Shown piece by piece: positions 27,701 through 36,200 of a stretch of 64,000 nucleotides of DNA; position 1 is the stretch's first letter, and every line of letters starts with the position of its first letter. The stretch is taken from positions 4,914,893 through 4,978,892 of the forward strand of contig NC_014623.1 in the NCBI RefSeq assembly GCF_000165485.1. Direction: 5' to 3'. A program made the position numbers and the translations under genes. Under the pieces are notes generated by a model. It did no database searches. It had not been told where the DNA came from and saw only the letters and a program-made list of their open reading frames with translations. The stretch comes from Stigmatella aurantiaca DW4/3-1 (GTDB taxonomy: Bacteria; Myxococcota; Myxococcia; Myxococcales; Myxococcaceae).

Positions 27701-27958
27701 GATGTCTTCAACCTCTTCAACTTCCAGCAATACACGGCCGTGGATCAGACGCTCACCACCACCCGCGTCTATGCCATCGAGCAGGGCGGGAGTCCTGCGG
27801 GGGTGGATGCCTGCGTGACGGGGCAGGGGGAGTGTACGGTCATCTCCACGGCCACCAACAAGCCCATCACCACCGCGGACATCAACCCCAACTTCAAGCG
27901 TCCCATCGCCTATCAGGCCCCCCGGTCCGTCCGCCTGGGCGCGAAGATCAGCTTCTAA
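24761..27958 (+). CDS. TonB-dependent-receptor-like outer-membrane protein with N-terminal carboxypeptidase-regulatory-like domain (Oar-like)
   Basis: Signal peptide, CarbopepD_reg-like 'ITGTILDTETRKPLADAVVTVTAPQ...GLYRL..L..G.Y', a large beta-barrel and terminal '...GAKISF'. Alternative GTG start at 24731. Confidence 0.85.
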   Translation: MSRRIHLTRGVCLVAVFLGFGAFAQGSSVITGTILDTETRKPLADAVVTVTAPQLQGEQVVLTDASGLYRLPQLPSGVYTLRVERDGFKPYARGDITLRLDRTIRVNVELLPDALGEEMSVTAAPPTVDLGSSAQGVSVDAEVLRNLAVIRPGTKGSASRSFESLAELAPGAQEDTYGVSINGSSSPESQYVVDGLSVNDPGVGTVGTPLSVEFVKEVNVITSGYMPEYGRSTGGVLNVVTKSGSNEFHGSVFANIAPGFLQTSALAIQQQGSVISAQGKPWNLGDFGFDLGGPILKDKLWFYGGVAPSFNRIRVERQVNALDICTELDPENGCERVGNARIDPETRYTRTIPLEGSQVNRFADERSVQYLAKLTYLFNPDHNLSLSAFGTPRSSGGQGKYSFSDDGAPEVCSGLSCTAYVQGTYDSIATRRENDALDLVAKQSSSFFNKTLLIDATVGWHHQEDSILPSDGSGLNTGVGLSAEPRISWRRTRNPGYHTILEFEDLPDTSACGTTVAEQRQRCPVSAYSTGGPGTISIQRLDRVQGKVLGTYLVQALGHHIIKAGFDAERTSFYNNRARTGFAHWQECTDGSCFFSLNQYGYLAAPDTPVFLETKEGTSSSVTVGGFIQDSWSVLDKVTVNAGVRYDMQTLWGLDDKVGLNLPNQWSPRVGVIYDFTQQGRSKLFVNYARFFESVPLDMADLSFPQQQLLSATYKAPPCDLTEPGNLENTCSVAPNRDVIGNLESPNQGWDAQGGDRVSVDPNIEPQSMDELSVGAEYELLLGRFGAAYTLRSLNNVIEDMSRDDGNTFFLGNPGKGYSSDFPVARRRYDGVNLYYQKNFSNLWLAQASYTWSRLRGNYSGLFRADTGQLSPNLTRDFDLLSLTFNREGPLPGDRTHSFKLFGAREFVFNQVASLNVGGSYRARSGTPLNYLGAHPQRSGSETFILPRGSGGRLPWVHGVDTHVGFNLKVVKDSTLSLSLDVFNLFNFQQYTAVDQTLTTTRVYAIEQGGSPAGVDACVTGQGECTVISTATNKPITTADINPNFKRPIAYQAPRSVRLGAKISF

Positions 27959-27983
27959 CGCCTGCTCCCGGAGAACACCTTCC

Positions 27984-28733
27984 ATGAAGCGACGATTGAT
28001 GGAACTGAGCGTGGGCGCGGCCGCCGCGGCGGTGGTGGCCTGTTCGGAGGATCCCGAGCGCCAGTGCGTGGTGGCGCGGGCCGTCTCGGACGGATCCACG
28101 GGCTCGTTTGCCGCGACCTATGCCTTGAAAGAGGGGCAAGATCCTTCCCGGGCTTGTGCCCAGCTCACCGCCGAACCGGTGGGCTTGCAGAAGTACTACA
28201 GCGAGGAGCCGGCGGCGCCGGACACCGTGGCCATCCGCAGCGCGAGGGTGGGGCGGTTGCTGGAGCAGTTCTCGTCCCGGCTGGGGCCCGGTGCGACGCA
28301 GGCCCCCAACTCCGTGGGCGCACTGGGGGAGGTTCCAGGCGAGGACAACTTCTGCGACGTGCCGGAGCTGTCGGTGGCCCGGGTGGAGGTGCCCGAGGAC
28401 AGTGCGGGGCCCGCCCAGAGCTTTGCCTACGAGTGGTCCAACCTGCGCATCTACAACACGCCGGAGATCCCCGGGACTCAGTTCGTCGCGGACCTTCGCT
28501 ACACCGAGAACGGTTGCATCGCCGAGTACCAGGTGAAGGGCATCTGGCCGGTGGTGAATTGCGGCAGCGGCACGCCGAAGGTGCCCAACGAGGCGCTGTG
28601 CGATCCGTACCCGGACTTCGAGGCGGGCCGGCTTCGGGGCTCGGGAATCAATCCGCTCTTCCCCGTGAAGTGCGACCCGGTGGCCCTCATCTGCGTGCTG
28701 ACGGGCGACGTGCCTTCGGACAAGAGCCCCTGA
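27984..28733 (+). CDS. Cys-rich hypothetical lipoprotein
   Basis: Lipoprotein signal 'MKRRLMELSVGAAAAAVVAC' and at least 9 Cys residues. 25-nt gap after the receptor gene. Confidence 0.55.
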   Translation: MKRRLMELSVGAAAAAVVACSEDPERQCVVARAVSDGSTGSFAATYALKEGQDPSRACAQLTAEPVGLQKYYSEEPAAPDTVAIRSARVGRLLEQFSSRLGPGATQAPNSVGALGEVPGEDNFCDVPELSVARVEVPEDSAGPAQSFAYEWSNLRIYNTPEIPGTQFVADLRYTENGCIAEYQVKGIWPVVNCGSGTPKVPNEALCDPYPDFEAGRLRGSGINPLFPVKCDPVALICVLTGDVPSDKSP

Positions 28734-28752
28734 GCGGGACCCAGCCGCGGCC

Positions 28753-29832
28753 TCAAGCGGCGCCCTCCTGGATCATCTCCAGCAGGGCTTTCTCCGAGCA
28801 GTGCAGGACGGGTTTGTCGTGCTTCGCCAGCTCCTCCACGGACTCGAAGTACCGCTCCACGACCTTGCCCTGCTCGAACATCGCCAGCACGGAAGGATAG
28901 ATGTAGGAGGCCTTGGCCACTGCGGGCGTGTTGCCCAACTGCTGGGCGGCCTCCTTCACCGCGGCGACCATGGTCTTCTTCGTCGCCTTCACGCCGCTCT
29001 GGGCCTCGGCTTGTTTCACCCGTCTCCGGGCCCGGGCCAGCGCGCAGGCACAGACCAACGTCCCGCCCCAGGTCCGGAAGTCCTTCGCGCTGTACTCTTC
29101 CCCCATCACCTCTTGGATGTACTCGTTGATGTGGCGGCGGCGCACGTCCACCACGTGCCCATCGTCCAGGAGGAACTTGAAGACATCCCGGCCGCGGATC
29201 TTCAGGAGCCGCCGCACGAGGGTGGCCACGCGCCGGTCCTTGAGTTCGCGCAGCTGCCGTTGGCCGCTCTTGCCCGGGAAGTCGAAGCGCACGGTCTCTC
29301 CCACCACCTTCACGTGCCGCGCCCGGAGCGTGGCCAGGCCGAAGCTCCCGTTCTCCTCCGCGTAGACCTGGCTGCCGGGCCGGATGAAGCAGGTGCCCAG
29401 AATGCGCAGGATGCACGCCATCACCTTGTCCCGGCCGAGCCCCTTCCGCCGGAGATCCGCGTTCACCCGGCGCCGCATCTTTGGCAGGGCACGGGCGAAG
29501 CCCACGATGCGCTGGTACTTCGCCTCCTGGCGCTGGCGCGTGAACGCCTCGCTGTAGCGGTACTGCCAGCGGCCCGCGGCATCCTTCCCGATGGCTTGGA
29601 GTTTCGCTTTCTCAGAGGGTGAAATGGCTACATCCGTCCAGGCCGGGGGGAGCCGCAATGTGTCGATGCGGTCACGCTCGGTCCGGGAAACGGGATGCCC
29701 ATCGGCGTGCAGGTACCGGAATCCGCGCTTCGCAGTGCCCTTCCGGTGAATGCCTTCGCGTTGGAGCCGTTCGAGGTGCGTCATGACTCGCCATGGCTGG
29801 TAGACGCCCCGTGCGCCTGTGAACTGCTTCAT
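28753..29832 (-). CDS. Type IB DNA topoisomerase (poxvirus/eukaryote-like TopIB)
   Basis: '...YLHADGHPV...IDTLRLPPAWTDVAI...AIGKDAAGRWQYRY...RDKVMACILRILGTCFIRPG...KVVGETVRFDFPGKSG...NTPAVAKASYIYPSV' fits the TopIB catalytic-domain layout with the active-site Tyr near the C-terminus. Start at internal ATG (MKQFTG). Confidence 0.75.
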   Translation of the reverse strand: MKQFTGARGVYQPWRVMTHLERLQREGIHRKGTAKRGFRYLHADGHPVSRTERDRIDTLRLPPAWTDVAISPSEKAKLQAIGKDAAGRWQYRYSEAFTRQRQEAKYQRIVGFARALPKMRRRVNADLRRKGLGRDKVMACILRILGTCFIRPGSQVYAEENGSFGLATLRARHVKVVGETVRFDFPGKSGQRQLRELKDRRVATLVRRLLKIRGRDVFKFLLDDGHVVDVRRRHINEYIQEVMGEEYSAKDFRTWGGTLVCACALARARRRVKQAEAQSGVKATKKTMVAAVKEAAQQLGNTPAVAKASYIYPSVLAMFEQGKVVERYFESVEELAKHDKPVLHCSEKALLEMIQEGAA

Positions 29833-29975
29833 AGCTGCGCAGCGGGCGCAGCCTCCGCAAAGCGCCATGGGCTGGAGGCCTGTAGGGCAGGCAGGCATCT
29901 TTCGCAGGGTGGCTTTCCTGCTTGTAGCTTCCTTGGTCTAGACTCCTGTCCGAAAGTCTCCAACCTCCCGAGCCG

Positions 29976-30785
29976 ATGACTGCCTTCCTCGACGCCATCC
30001 TGGCTTTTCCGACTGCACTGCTCAGCATCCTCATGGGCGTGGTGCTGGTGTACTGGCTGTGCGTCATCCTGGGTGCGGCCGGCGTGGACATGCTGGACGG
30101 GGATGTGGCCGCGGGCGCCAAAGCCGCGGGCGGTACCTTCGAGGGGGGCGCCAAGGCGCTCGGGGGTGTGCTCGAAGGCAGTGCCAAGGGCGCGGCGGAA
30201 GGCATTGCCGGAGCCGCCAAGGCCGCGGGCGGCCACGATGCCGATGCTGATCTCGACGCGGGGGCGCTCTCGGGGCTGGGCTTCGCGGGCATTCCGGTCA
30301 CCATCTCCGGCAGCTTCATCGTCTTCGCCTCCTGGACGCTCTCCCTGCTGGGCAGTGGCGCGGCCCACGAGCTGCTCGGCCCGGTGTTGCCGGGAGGGGT
30401 CATCAGCGGGGGGATGCTGCTGCTGAGCCTGCTGCTGGGCACGGTCCTCGCGGCGCTGGCGGTCCGGCCGCTGCGCCCCATCTTCGTTGCCTCGAAGGCC
30501 CCGAGCCGCGAGACGCTCATGGGGCGGGTATGCATCATCAACAGCGGCACCGTCACCGGGAGCTTCGGCCAGGCCACCTTCGCGGACGGCGGCGCGGGCC
30601 TCATCCTCAATGTCTTTTGCAGCAAGGCCAACCAGCTCAAGCGCGGAGATCAGGCGCTCATTCTTGGCTATGACCCGGCCCGGGATGTGTACGAGGTGGA
30701 GCCCGTCGACTGGTTGCTCGCCGAGGAACTAGGCCCGGTCCAGGATCCGGCGTTGGCCGCGCGGATCAAGGACCGGGTGTCCTAA
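29976..30785 (+). CDS. NfeD/YqiJ-like inner-membrane protein (OB-fold C-terminus), flotillin partner
   Basis: N-terminal TM helices, Gly/Ala-rich 'AGAKAAGGTFEGGAKALGG' repeats, and C-terminal NfeD-type OB segment 'GRVCIINSGTVTGSFGQATFADGGAGLILNV...GDQALILGYDPARDVYEVEP'. Confidence 0.7.
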   Translation: MTAFLDAILAFPTALLSILMGVVLVYWLCVILGAAGVDMLDGDVAAGAKAAGGTFEGGAKALGGVLEGSAKGAAEGIAGAAKAAGGHDADADLDAGALSGLGFAGIPVTISGSFIVFASWTLSLLGSGAAHELLGPVLPGGVISGGMLLLSLLLGTVLAALAVRPLRPIFVASKAPSRETLMGRVCIINSGTVTGSFGQATFADGGAGLILNVFCSKANQLKRGDQALILGYDPARDVYEVEPVDWLLAEELGPVQDPALAARIKDRVS

Positions 30786-30875
30786 GTCTTTACTCACCAT
30801 CGTGCCTGGAGCTGTTTGCGGGGGGCTCCAAGCGCGTACTACAAATCCCTCCGGTTTTTCATCAGAAGGAAAGCA

Positions 30876-33125
30876 ATGGATCTTCCTACCGTCGCTGGAG
30901 CCGTGGGTGTCGGCAGCGTCTTGCTGTTCGGAACCCTTATCGTGATTGCCCGGTTCTACCGCCAGGTGGATCAGGGCAAGGTGCTGATCGTCAATACGCT
31001 CAAGAGCGAGCCCGTCGTCACCTTCACGGGCGCGGTGGTCATTCCGATCATCCACCGGTCCGAGGTCATGGACATCTCGCTCAAGACGGTGGAGATCGAC
31101 CGTCGCGGCAAGGAAGGCCTCATCTGCAAGGACAACATCCGCGCGGACATCAAGGTCACCTTCTTCGTGCGCGTGAACAAGACGCGTGAGGACGTGCTCA
31201 AGGTGGCTCAGTCCATCGGCTGCGTGCGCGCCAGCGATCAGGAGACGCTGGAGAACCTCTTCGAGGCCAAGTTCTCCGAGGCCCTCAAGACGGTGGGCAA
31301 GAGCTTCGACTTCGAGGAGCTCTACACCAAGCGTGAGGAGATCAAGGACAAGGTGGTCGGCACCATCGGCCGGGACCTGAACGGCTACATGTTGGAGGAC
31401 TGCGCCATCGACTTCCTGGAGCAGACGCCGGTCGACATGCTGGACAAGGACAACATCCTCGACGCGCAGGGCATCCGGAAGATCACCGAGCTCACCACGG
31501 TGCAGAACGTCAGCACCAACGAGTTCAAGCAGAGCGAGCGCATGGCCATCACCAAGCGCAACGTCGAGTCAGACGAGGCGATCTTCGCCCTGGAGCGCCA
31601 GCGCGCCGAGGCCGCCGCCAAGCAGAAGCGGGAGATCGAGAGCATCCAGGCCCGCGAGGTGGCCGAGGCCGACCGCGTGAAGGCCGAGGAGCACGCGAAG
31701 GCGGAGCTGGCCCGCATCAAGGCCGAGGAGGAGATCTCCATCAACGAGGAGAACAAGTCCCGGCAGATCCAGGTGGCCCAGAAGAACCGCGAGCGCGTGG
31801 TGGGTGTGGAGACCGAGCGCGTGGAGAAGGACCGCGCCCTGGAGGCCATCAACCGCGAACGCGAGACGGAGCTCCAGCGCATCGCCAAGGAGAAGGCACT
31901 CGAAGGCGAGAAGAAGGCCATCGCGGACGTCATCCGGGCCCGCATCGTCGTGGAGAAGACGGTGGCCGAGGAGGAGGAGCGCATCAAGGACCTGCGCGTG
32001 ACGGCCGAGGCCAAGCGCAACAAGGACGCGCTGCTCATCAACGCCGAGGCGCACGCCCAGGAGAAGCTCGTCAAGGACATCAAGGCGGCCGAGGCCAGCA
32101 ACGAGGTGGCCAAGTTCATGGCCAAGGAGCGGCTCACCCTGGCCGACGCGGACCTGGAGGCCGCGGACAAGACCGCCAAGGCGAAGATGCGGCTGTCCGA
32201 GGGTGTCCAGGCCGAGACGGCCGCCCCGGGCCTGGCCAACGTGCGCGTGCGCGAGGCGGACGCCGTGGCCGCCGAGAAGCAGGGCATGGCCCAGGTGCGC
32301 GTGAAGGAGGCCGAGGCCAGCGTCATCGAGAAGCAGGGCATGGCGCAGGCCCAGGTCGTCCGCGAGCGGCTCATGGCCGAGGCCGCGGGTGAGCAGGAGA
32401 AGGGCATGGCCAAGGTCCGCATCCAGGAGGCCGAGGCCGCCGTCATCCAGAAGAAGCTGCTGGCCGAGGCCGCGGGCGAGCAGGAGAAGGGCTTGTCGCA
32501 CGCCCGCGTCCAGGAGGCCGAGGCCGCTGCCATCCACAAGCGCGGCGAGGCCGAGGCGCACGCCACCCGCGAGAAGCTCATGGCCGAGGCCGCCGCCATC
32601 CAGGAAAAGCTGCTCGCCGAGGCCCGGGGCCTGGCCGAGAAGGCCGCCTCGATGAAGGCGCTGGACGGCGTGGGCCGCGAGCACGAGGAGTTCCGCCTGC
32701 GTCTCCAGAAGGAGCGCGACGTGGAGCTGGAGGCCATCCGCGTCCGCAAGGATGTGGCCGAATCCCAGGCCAAGGTGCTGGCACAGGCCTTCAGCAACGC
32801 GAAGTTCCAGATCGTCGGGGGCGACGGCCAGTTCTTCGAGCGCTTCGTCAAGGCGGTGTCCATCGGCACGTCGGTGGACGGCGCGTTGGAGCACGGCGAG
32901 GTGCTGCGCACCGTGGCTCAGGGCTACCTCACGGGTGAGAAGGATCTCCCGGCGGACATCAAAGACATCCTCTCCAAGCCCGGTTTGACGAACGACGCGC
33001 AGAACATTGCGGTGGCGGCGCTGCTGCACCGCATGGTGGCCACCGCGCCGCCTCCGGCCGCGTCGACCAGCCCGGTGGTGGAGAGCGTGGCCCGGCCCGC
33101 CTCCGCGCAAAAGGCCACCGAGTAG
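30876..33125 (+). CDS. Flotillin-like SPFH/band-7 protein (YqiK-like) with long EA-rich coiled-coil
   Basis: N-terminal TM followed by SPFH domain 'QGKVLIVNTLKSEPVVTFTGAVVIPIIHRSEVMDISLKTVEIDRRGKEGLICKDNIRADIKVTFFVRV'. Long repetitive 'EAEAAVI.K..LAEAAGEQEKG' coiled-coil region. Confidence 0.85.
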   Translation: MDLPTVAGAVGVGSVLLFGTLIVIARFYRQVDQGKVLIVNTLKSEPVVTFTGAVVIPIIHRSEVMDISLKTVEIDRRGKEGLICKDNIRADIKVTFFVRVNKTREDVLKVAQSIGCVRASDQETLENLFEAKFSEALKTVGKSFDFEELYTKREEIKDKVVGTIGRDLNGYMLEDCAIDFLEQTPVDMLDKDNILDAQGIRKITELTTVQNVSTNEFKQSERMAITKRNVESDEAIFALERQRAEAAAKQKREIESIQAREVAEADRVKAEEHAKAELARIKAEEEISINEENKSRQIQVAQKNRERVVGVETERVEKDRALEAINRERETELQRIAKEKALEGEKKAIADVIRARIVVEKTVAEEEERIKDLRVTAEAKRNKDALLINAEAHAQEKLVKDIKAAEASNEVAKFMAKERLTLADADLEAADKTAKAKMRLSEGVQAETAAPGLANVRVREADAVAAEKQGMAQVRVKEAEASVIEKQGMAQAQVVRERLMAEAAGEQEKGMAKVRIQEAEAAVIQKKLLAEAAGEQEKGLSHARVQEAEAAAIHKRGEAEAHATREKLMAEAAAIQEKLLAEARGLAEKAASMKALDGVGREHEEFRLRLQKERDVELEAIRVRKDVAESQAKVLAQAFSNAKFQIVGGDGQFFERFVKAVSIGTSVDGALEHGEVLRTVAQGYLTGEKDLPADIKDILSKPGLTNDAQNIAVAALLHRMVATAPPPAASTSPVVESVARPASAQKATE
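32200..32650 (+). repeat. Intragenic imperfect tandem repeats (flotillin EA-repeat coiled coil)
   Basis: Repeated DNA/protein units of about 60-90 bp, e.g. ...gaggccgaggcc..gtcatc..aag.agggcatggc... Confidence 0.5.
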
Positions 33126-33152
33126 CTTCGAGCCCTCCGCGAATGTCTCGAA

Positions 33153-33201
33153 CCCTCACCTCCGCCGCCTCCGGCTCGCCGGGAGCGGACAGGGGTGAGG
33201 G
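33153..33201 (+). terminator. Structured hairpin between flotillin and the giant gene (putative terminator / regulatory RNA element)
   Basis: CCCTCACC...GGTGAGGG 8-bp stem enclosing a second palindrome CCGGC-tc-GCCGG. Followed by an AT-richer, promoter-like stretch before the ATG at 33247. Confidence 0.4.
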
Positions 33202-33246
33202 ATTCTCATCCTCTTTCGACTTTCCGTTCATTTCCGGTGAACCACC

Positions 33247-36200
33247 ATGGCAACTGACGGCGTGAAGCCCCAGGGCGCGGCGCCCACGGGCGAGGCGACG
33301 CTGGAGGGCGGCAGCTACGAGGTCATCCGCGCCCGCTTGCTGTCCCAGGCGGAGGCGTTGGGTACCCGTGCCTCGGAGCTCAACACGCGGCGCAAGTCGC
33401 TCTTCGGCGGCACCGAGCTGTCCGTCATCGGAAATGAGCGGGTCCGCACCGACAACAACTGCGTCCCCCGGGACATCGTCAGCGTCGGGAAGTACCTGCT
33501 CTTTGGCTACAACGTCTTCCTCGGGCTGAAGAAGGAGACGGTCGTCGCGGACGTCTTCTCGCTGCACAAGTTCGAGAAGACGGCCGAGGGCTTCGACTTC
33601 TCCGCCGTGCCGCCCACCGAGGCGGGCGGCTTCCTGGCGGACCCCCGGTTCACCAAGGACTTTGGTGAGCTGTACAAGTACTACAAGGACGCGAAGCTCA
33701 CCCAGCTGCGCCGCACCGATTCCCGGCTGCTGGCCGTCTTCCAGACGGGCCAGACGCTGCGGGACATCAAGGTCTTCCGCTTCAGCGTGGATGTGGAGGG
33801 CCGGGCCACCTACATCGACAACCAGGGCGAGAGGGATCACGTCTTTCCGCCGTCGCACGACTTCGAGTGGACGGTGGCCACGCGTGAGAACTACGTGCTG
33901 GGCACCCATCCGCACGTCAATGTCTTGGATCAGGTCTTCGTCGAGACGGTGAAGGGAGACCTCACCGTCAAGGTGGAGAACAACTCCAGCACGGGCCTGG
34001 GCATCTACAGCGAGCCGGTGGAGGACGCGGATCAGTCCCTGGACGATGCGGAGATTGCCTACGCGAAGGTCGGCGGCCTGATCCTGCTGCGCGTGCTGCC
34101 GTTCCGCGAGAAGGCCCACCGCTACCTGGTGTTCAACACGCGCACCCAGCACGTGCTGCGCATCGATGCGATCGGCCAGGCCTGTGTCCGGCTTCCGGAG
34201 GACCAGGGCATCATCTTCCCGGGCGGCTTCTACCTGCAGACGGGGGATTACAAGGTCTTCGAGGGCGCCTCGGCCGGGATGGAGTTCAAGCAGTCCATCC
34301 GCTCTCCCAACGGGGAAGACGTCCTCTACATCTTCTATCGCCGGGACGAGGGCAGCTATGTCCTCTTCCCCTATAACCTGGTGCGCAAGGAGGTGCAGAA
34401 CCCGCTGCTGGCGCACGGCTTCAGCCTCTTCGGAGATGGTGGCCTGGTGGTCTTCCGGGCCGCGACGAGCGAGCCCACCCGGGTCCACCCGATGCAGGTG
34501 TGGCAGACGCCCTTCGTCTCCGCCGAGCATGCCGCCGCCACGCCGCCGGTGCCCGGTTACCTGGGCAAGGTGGGCAACGCCGAGCTGGTGCGCGGCATCT
34601 CGGATGCGCTGAGCCTCCAGCGCGTCTCCCGGACGGAGAAGCCCACCCGGCGCACCTACGAGGACATCATCGCCGCGGTGACGCGGGCCCTGGATGCCTA
34701 TTACTGGCTGGGCCACGCGGAGGTGAAGCTCCAGGAGCCCATGGAGGCCCTGCGGCGGACCTCGGAATCCATCATCGACGAGTTCGAGAAGGTCCAGGCG
34801 CTGCAGAAGCGCGCCACGGAAGCCCTCGCCGAGGCCGATGCGAAGCAGGCCTCTCTGTTGATGAAGGTGCGCCCGGAGGAGCTGTCGAACGCCGAGGCGT
34901 ACATGCAGGCGCTCACCGAGCTGCGCCATCAGCGCGGCCACCTCATCACCCTGAGGGAGATCCGCTACATGGATCTCACCCGGGTGGAGGCGCTGGAGAA
35001 GCAGGTCATCGAGGAGTCGGACCGGGTCAGCGCCGGGTGCGTGGAGTTCTTCCAGAAGGGCGAGGCGCTCCAGCCCATCGGCGAGCGGCTGGACGTGCTA
35101 CTGGGCAAGTTGGAGCCCGTGCAGACCACGATGGAGCTGGCCCCGCTCGCCGAGGACATCGAGAAGGTGGGCAAGGGGCTGGAGGTGCTGGGCGAGGTCG
35201 TCGGCGGCCTTCAGGTAGGCGATCCGCTGGCGCGGGCGAAGATCCTGGAGGGCATCTCCGAGCTGTTCTCCCGGCTCAACCGCGTGCGCGCGGGGCTCCA
35301 GGCCCGGCGCAAGGAGTTGGTGGGCCGCGAGAAGCGCGCGGAGTTCGGTGCCCAGTTCAAGCTGCTCGGGCAGAACATCGAGAGTGGGCTGTCCGGGGCG
35401 GACTCGCCGGAGAAGTGCGACGAGGCCATGTCCCGCCTCACCGTCCAGCTGGAGGAGCTGGAGGGCCGCTTCGGCGAGTTCGACGAGTTCCTCGAGCCCA
35501 TCACCCAGAAGCGGGAAGAGCTGCTGGAGGCGTTTGGCGCCAAGAAGCAAGCGCTGCTGGATGAGCGCCAGCGCCGGGCACAGAACCTGTTCAGCGCCGC
35601 CGAGCGCATCCTCGTGGGCGTCCAGCGCCGGGCGAAGTCGTTCAAGACGGACGACGAGCTGAACACGTACTTCGCGTCCGACTCGATGATCCAGAAGCTG
35701 CGGCAGCTCGCCGAGCAGCTCATGGAGTTGCAGGACAGCGTCCGCTCGGATGAGGTCCTCTCGCGCGTGAAGACGGCGCGCCAGGATGCGCTGCGGGCGC
35801 TCAGGGATCGCCAGGATCTCTTCGAGGATGGCCAGGCGGTCATCAAGTTCGGCAAGTACCGGTTCAACGTCAACACGCAGACGCTGGAGTTGACGCTGGT
35901 GCCGCGCGACGGGGCGCTCTTCCTCCAGCTCACCGGCACGGACTACTCCGTGCGCCTGGAGGACCCGGCTCTGGAGAAGTACAAGGCGCTGTGGGAGCAG
36001 CACCTCGTCTCCGAGACGCGCGAGGTGTACCGGGCGGAGTACTTGGCCGCGTGCCTCCTCGCGGACGCGGAGGAGGGCAGGGGAGGCCAGAGCTTGACGG
36101 CCCTGCACGAGGCCGTCACGTCCGGCACCCTGCTGGAGCGCGTGCGGACCTACTCCGCGGAGAAGTACGAGGAGGGGTACGAGCGCGGCATCCACGATGC

